DNA from: Candidatus Krumholzibacteriia bacterium
GTDB taxonomy: Bacteria; Krumholzibacteriota; Krumholzibacteriia; JAJRXK01
Length of the DNA: 64,000 nucleotides
Direction of reading: 5' to 3'
NCBI GenBank assembly: GCA_041484665.1
Contig: JBGPIA010000006.1
Span: forward strand, 96,001 to 160,000
The notes under the pieces are model-generated. The model was not told the origin of the DNA. It ran no database searches and saw only the letters and a program-made list of their open reading frames with translations. Both the position numbers and the translations under genes were made by a program. Position 1 is the stretch's first letter. Each line of letters opens with the position of its first letter. This document shows positions 59,818 to 64,000 of this stretch, in pieces.

Positions 59818-60696
59818 ATGAACGGACGTCGACAGCTGATTCCGACGCTTCTCGCTTGCACCACGCTGCTCCTTGCCAGGGCCCCGGCTCTCGCCACCGA
59901 GATCCCCAGCGACCCGGTCATCCAGCCCGCACCGACCGCCGAGGTACCGGGCGACCCGACCGGGTCAGCTGCCGCAACACCCCGGGCCGCGGCTGCGCAA
60001 GCCACCTCAGCAGCCGGCGATCAGCCCGACAAGTTGGCGGGGGAGCGCCCAGCCCAGCCCGCAGCGTTGCATTGGCTCACCGTGGACTGGGACGCCTCGC
60101 TGGCGTCCAAGTACCTGTTCCAGGGGATCGACTACAGCGACGGCAAGCCAGTGCTCCAGCCGGAGGTCACGGTTTCCGTGAGATCCTTCTCGGCCATCCT
60201 GTGGGTCAATCACGACCTCCACACGCAGCAGCCCAACGAGGTGGATCTCTTCCTCCAGTACAACGTTGGAATCCCGCGGCTCGACCTCACGACGGGGTAT
60301 GCGCGCAATCACTACCCCCACCGCGAAGGGTGGGATCCCTCGCAGGAAGTCTACCTCGATCTGTCCTGCGACGCCCCACTGAGCCCCTCGCTAAGCGTCC
60401 ATTACGATTTCGACGCCGGGAAGGGGAGTTACTCCACGCTCTCCCTCGACCGCGAGGTTCCCAATCCTCTGCGAACCATGTCCGCCGGGCTGAAGCTCTA
60501 CTACCAGAACAACTACTACGAGGCCACGGGCTTCCCGTCCCTCGAGCTCCATATCGGCACCGAGCAGGCCATCGGCCCGTTCAAGATCACCCCCTCGATG
60601 TCGCGCTTCATCACCTGGCCGAACGGAGGCTTCCGAGACGAGAACGCGGTGTCGGCCACCTGGTATCTCGCGGTCAACGTCGCCCAGACCTTCTGA
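59818..60696 (+). CDS. Outer-membrane beta-barrel protein (TIGR02001/Gcw_chp-like)
   Basis: Signal peptide; ASKYLFQGIDY..PVLQP, EVDLFLQY; alternating beta-strand pattern; terminal Phe. Confidence 0.75.
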   Translation: MNGRRQLIPTLLACTTLLLARAPALATEIPSDPVIQPAPTAEVPGDPTGSAAATPRAAAAQATSAAGDQPDKLAGERPAQPAALHWLTVDWDASLASKYLFQGIDYSDGKPVLQPEVTVSVRSFSAILWVNHDLHTQQPNEVDLFLQYNVGIPRLDLTTGYARNHYPHREGWDPSQEVYLDLSCDAPLSPSLSVHYDFDAGKGSYSTLSLDREVPNPLRTMSAGLKLYYQNNYYEATGFPSLELHIGTEQAIGPFKITPSMSRFITWPNGGFRDENAVSATWYLAVNVAQTF

Positions 60697-60710
60697 GACG
60701 GGCGCGACTT

Positions 60711-62342
60711 ATGTCACCGGCCACCGATGAGAGGCCCCGGAAGACGCCCTACGTCGTGGCGACGGGGTTCACGACGGCGTGCCTCGGGGACGAGCGCACC
60801 CTGCGCGAGTTCGTAGTCGGCGACCACGTCATGAACAAGATCCTCGCCAAGGGGGAAAACGCTGTCCTCTATCTCATCAACGACAGCTACGATCCCCTCA
60901 CCCCTCGGCAGCTGCGGGTGGGCGTTAACAAGGACGAGAAGCTATTCGGGCAGTTCGAGCCCTACTGCGGACGCCCGATTGCCGAGATCCCCGACCCATT
61001 CGGCTGCCACCAGAGCTACGCGCAGCACTTCGCCCGCGCGTTGCTGCGGCGCCTGCACGCGCTGGACATCCACCCAGTACTGGTGAACTCCTACGAGTCC
61101 TACGAGAAGGGTCACTACGCCGGATTCGTATCCTCGACCATCGCGAGCTATCACAGGATTCAGGAGATGCTCGCAGCGCGATTTCCACGCTACACGATGC
61201 GCAACCTGTTCCGGCCGCAGTGCCCGAAGTGCCGGTGCATCGACGCGACCAACGTTCGCGCAGTCGAGGGTCTTGCGCTCCGCTTCGACTGCGATCGGTG
61301 CGGGACGACGACGAGCGAGGAGTTCCCTGCGGTCCGAGGCAAGCTCAGCTGGAAGCTCGACTGCGCGGCGCGATGGAACCTCTACGGCATCGACATGGAG
61401 ACCTTCTCGAAGTCCCACATCGCGGAACTGGGGACGTTCGAGATCTCCCGGTTCATGTCGCTCAACTTCTACGGGAGCAAGGTACCGACGATCGTGAAGT
61501 ACGGAAGCGTGAAGATCCAGCGCGAGCTTTCCTACAAACTCCTGGAGATTCTGCCCCCGAAGATCTTCAAGCGGCTGTTCGTCTCCAACCTGGGCCGCGA
61601 TCTCGAACTGAACCGTGACTCGGTCGAAAGCTTCTGCCACAAGTTTGCGGTCAGGCCAGGGCTAAGTTACGTGGACTACGTTCGCCGCGAGCTGCCCCAC
61701 CGTGCGCTACACGAGAACAGACCGGCCGGGCCAGACTCGGGATCCCAGGCGCTGCCGGACACGGCCATTTCCGACGATGCGCTGGTGTCCTTCGGCAACC
61801 AATTCTCCCGCTTCTACTACTCCAAGGACTATGGACTGCGCTTCCCCGACTCCGGGACAATCGCGTCGGCCAACCAGGCCGCCGCGCAGACGGCCCGGCG
61901 CTGGATCCAGCGCGCGCTGACGATCCGCGAGGGTGTCACCGACACGCGCAAGAACGCTCACGCTCTCATCAAGTCGTTCTTGCTCGCGGAGGACAGTGCG
62001 CCCCACGTGTTCCAGTACCTGCGGCGGCTGTTCGGCCAGACCGAGGGGCCCAGTATCACGACTCTGTTGTCTACCCTTCCGCGCGAGTACTTGACGACGG
62101 TCACGCTGCTGTTGGCTGGATACGACGGAATCGTCGAGTGCGCCGAGACCTGGAGCGCTGGGTCCCCGAACGGCAGCCCGATCGCGCCCGGGGCGGGGGC
62201 GGTGGCCGGGCTCCTGAGCTGCGTCCAGGAGCTGGCGGCATCAGGCGTCGATGCGGATCTCGCGTCGGCGACCGATACGGCGTCGAGTTCTCCCTCCAGC
62301 CCGACCCCCGCTCTGCCCGCCACCTCAGCTCCACTTCGGTAG
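60711..62342 (+). CDS. Class I lysyl-tRNA synthetase-like protein lacking HIGH and KMSKS motifs
   Basis: LysRS1 hallmarks: NDSYDPL, GRPIAEIPDPFGCHQSYAQHF, YEKGHY, CPKC/CDRC, GKLSWKLDCAARW, and C-terminal FQYLRRLFGQTEGPS. Confidence 0.85.
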   Translation: MSPATDERPRKTPYVVATGFTTACLGDERTLREFVVGDHVMNKILAKGENAVLYLINDSYDPLTPRQLRVGVNKDEKLFGQFEPYCGRPIAEIPDPFGCHQSYAQHFARALLRRLHALDIHPVLVNSYESYEKGHYAGFVSSTIASYHRIQEMLAARFPRYTMRNLFRPQCPKCRCIDATNVRAVEGLALRFDCDRCGTTTSEEFPAVRGKLSWKLDCAARWNLYGIDMETFSKSHIAELGTFEISRFMSLNFYGSKVPTIVKYGSVKIQRELSYKLLEILPPKIFKRLFVSNLGRDLELNRDSVESFCHKFAVRPGLSYVDYVRRELPHRALHENRPAGPDSGSQALPDTAISDDALVSFGNQFSRFYYSKDYGLRFPDSGTIASANQAAAQTARRWIQRALTIREGVTDTRKNAHALIKSFLLAEDSAPHVFQYLRRLFGQTEGPSITTLLSTLPREYLTTVTLLLAGYDGIVECAETWSAGSPNGSPIAPGAGAVAGLLSCVQELAASGVDADLASATDTASSSPSSPTPALPATSAPLR

Positions 62343-62352
62343 GAGGCGAATC

Positions 62353-63207
62353 ATGAAACGAGCGATGTTTCGATCCTTCCCGTTTGCGCTCGCGGCGCTC
62401 CTTGTGCCGCTCGCAACTCTCAGCATCCTAGCTGGATGCCGGACGCGCGGCGAGCCGGCGAGCCGCGCCGACAAGCATGACGACTCACTAGCCAGAGTCC
62501 AGCGCGCCGGCGTCCTTCTCTGGGGCGCGGACGTGGTGGGCGGCGTGCCCTACGTGTACGAAGACCCCCACCGGCCGGACACCTACATCGGGTTCGAGAT
62601 GACGATCGCGCAGGCGATCGCCGATGGGCTCGGAGTCCAGCTCAAGCTCGTCATCAAGGCGTGGGATACGCTGATCCCGGAACTCCAGCGTGGGTCTTTC
62701 GACTTAGCCATGAATGGGATCGAAGACACCGAGGACCGCGACAAGATCGTCCTGTTCTCAGAGCCCTACTTCGTTTACGCGCAGCAGCTGACGGTCCGCA
62801 AGAACACGTCGGGGATCGCGTCGCTCGACGACCTCAGGGACAAGCGGGTGGCCACGCTCTCGGGAACGGCCGCAGAGGACATTTTGCGGCAGACCGCCGG
62901 GGTCCAGATCGTCACTAACCCCGAGATCATCTACAGCTACCGCGACCTCGAGGAAGGGAAGGTGGAGGCCGTACTCCTGGACACCCCGATCGCGGCGGCC
63001 TACGGAGCCGCAAACCCCAAGCTCCAGAATGTCGGGCAGTCGTTCGGGGAGGGGCGCTACGTGATTGCGTTTCGCAAGGAGGACAAGAGTCTCCGGGACG
63101 CGATTGATCGGGTGCTCCAAAGTCTGAAGCAGAACGGCGAGCTCAAGCGGATCTACGAGCGCTGGGGAATCATGGACCAGCACCAGGCACAGATCGGGAT
63201 TCTCTGA
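62353..63207 (+). CDS. Polar amino-acid ABC transporter substrate-binding lipoprotein (SBP family 3)
   Basis: RBS AGGAGG; lipobox LAGC; WDTLIPELQRGSFD, FSEPY, GELKRIYERWGI. Confidence 0.92.
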   Translation: MKRAMFRSFPFALAALLVPLATLSILAGCRTRGEPASRADKHDDSLARVQRAGVLLWGADVVGGVPYVYEDPHRPDTYIGFEMTIAQAIADGLGVQLKLVIKAWDTLIPELQRGSFDLAMNGIEDTEDRDKIVLFSEPYFVYAQQLTVRKNTSGIASLDDLRDKRVATLSGTAAEDILRQTAGVQIVTNPEIIYSYRDLEEGKVEAVLLDTPIAAAYGAANPKLQNVGQSFGEGRYVIAFRKEDKSLRDAIDRVLQSLKQNGELKRIYERWGIMDQHQAQIGIL

Positions 63208-64000
63208 TGAGCGCTCGTGCAAACCTTGTGGGCGAGATGACGCGAGAGATGGGCGCGGCGTACGAGGTGATCTCGCCCGTCACGGGTACGACCCTCGATC
63301 GCGTGGCGCTGCTCGGCAAGGAGGAGATCGCCGCACTCCTCGCGCGACTGTCGGGACCGCCGAAACCATTGGCCCACAGGGAGGTCTTCGCGTTCCTCCA
63401 CCGTTTTCGGGAACAGCTCGTGGCCCACCGGGATGTCTTACTCGAGCGAACGGTCTTCGAGACCGGCTTCACCGGCAGGGATTGCTCGGAAATGGTCGAC
63501 GGGGCCGTCGAATTCTTGAAGGACTTCGAAACCTACGCCCATGATCAGTCATCCCGGAGCCAGGTCATCCGGCACTCGTACTCCACCCTGAGCCAGCGGG
63601 ACATGCGGATCACCGACCGGCCCTTCCGCTGTGTGGCCGCGGTCGTTCCCCAGAACGCCTCGCTCACGCTGGGCATCACGATCATCGCGTCGGCACTCTA
63701 TGCAGGGTCGCGAATCGTCCTGCGCCCCTCCTTGCAGTGTGCTTCTACCGGCGCCCTGCTGGCGGACATCGTGCGCGAGAGCGATCCACCCTGGGCATTC
63801 GTCGAGATCGTGAACAGCCTAGCCTCAGACTTCCTGGATGCCTGCTTGGCATCGGACTCAGTAGATCTGATCCACTACATCGGGAGCAACCAGTACGCCC
63901 TCCCGGTGTTCCAGCAAGCCTTTGCGGCCGGAAAGATCTGCCTGCTCGACGGTCAGGGGAACGGCCTGCTCTACCTCGACCGCACGTTCCCCCAGGAAAC
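63207..64000 (+). CDS. Divergent aldehyde-dehydrogenase-superfamily protein (partial; runs off the window, not in the ORF track)
   Basis: ATG overlaps the SBP stop (TGATG). Translation contains YEVISPVTG, ETG, PQNAS, AGSRIVLRPS, HYIGS and DGQGNG. Confidence 0.8.
   Translation, partial: MSARANLVGEMTREMGAAYEVISPVTGTTLDRVALLGKEEIAALLARLSGPPKPLAHREVFAFLHRFREQLVAHRDVLLERTVFETGFTGRDCSEMVDGAVEFLKDFETYAHDQSSRSQVIRHSYSTLSQRDMRITDRPFRCVAAVVPQNASLTLGITIIASALYAGSRIVLRPSLQCASTGALLADIVRESDPPWAFVEIVNSLASDFLDACLASDSVDLIHYIGSNQYALPVFQQAFAAGKICLLDGQGNGLLYLDRTFPQE

Noticed and set aside
59139..60710. 1067-aa ORF implying a long N-terminal extension on the LysRS-like protein
   Set aside because: The upstream part is an off-frame overlap of the DMT and barrel genes; homology starts at ATG 60711.

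Overview
High-GC bacterial window. The many secreted proteins with C-terminal FlgD-Ig (NPFNP...WDGxD...G.Y) or SWGxxK tails suggest an FCB-superphylum candidate lineage (inference). The left part (1-28.5 kb) is mostly housekeeping: TonB receptor/YfiR with a decayed histidine kinase, MFS, AlaX, DegP/Q, gltA, hisS plus tRNA-His, and an ALDH. Inserted between gltA and hisS is a four-gene proteolytic signalling locus: an ECF sigma/anti-sigma/TPR fusion divergent from TPR-CHAT, a 196-aa unknown and an Asp-to-Glu subtilase. The 28.8-57.6 kb stretch is an array of secreted or surface proteins, including a tricorn protease and a CDC-like cytolysin, followed by pseudogene debris. The right end begins an operon built around a class I LysRS paralogue that lacks both ATP-binding motifs, with a DMT transporter, an OM barrel, an amino-acid SBP and a divergent ALDH (truncated by the window). 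Top leads: (1) the HIGH/KMSKS-less LysRS1 paralogue operon; (2) the sigma-CHAT-S8 locus; (3) a tRNA-His without genomic G-1 (U72/A73) beside an alphaproteobacterial-type HisRS. All calls come from reading motifs by eye; no searches were run.
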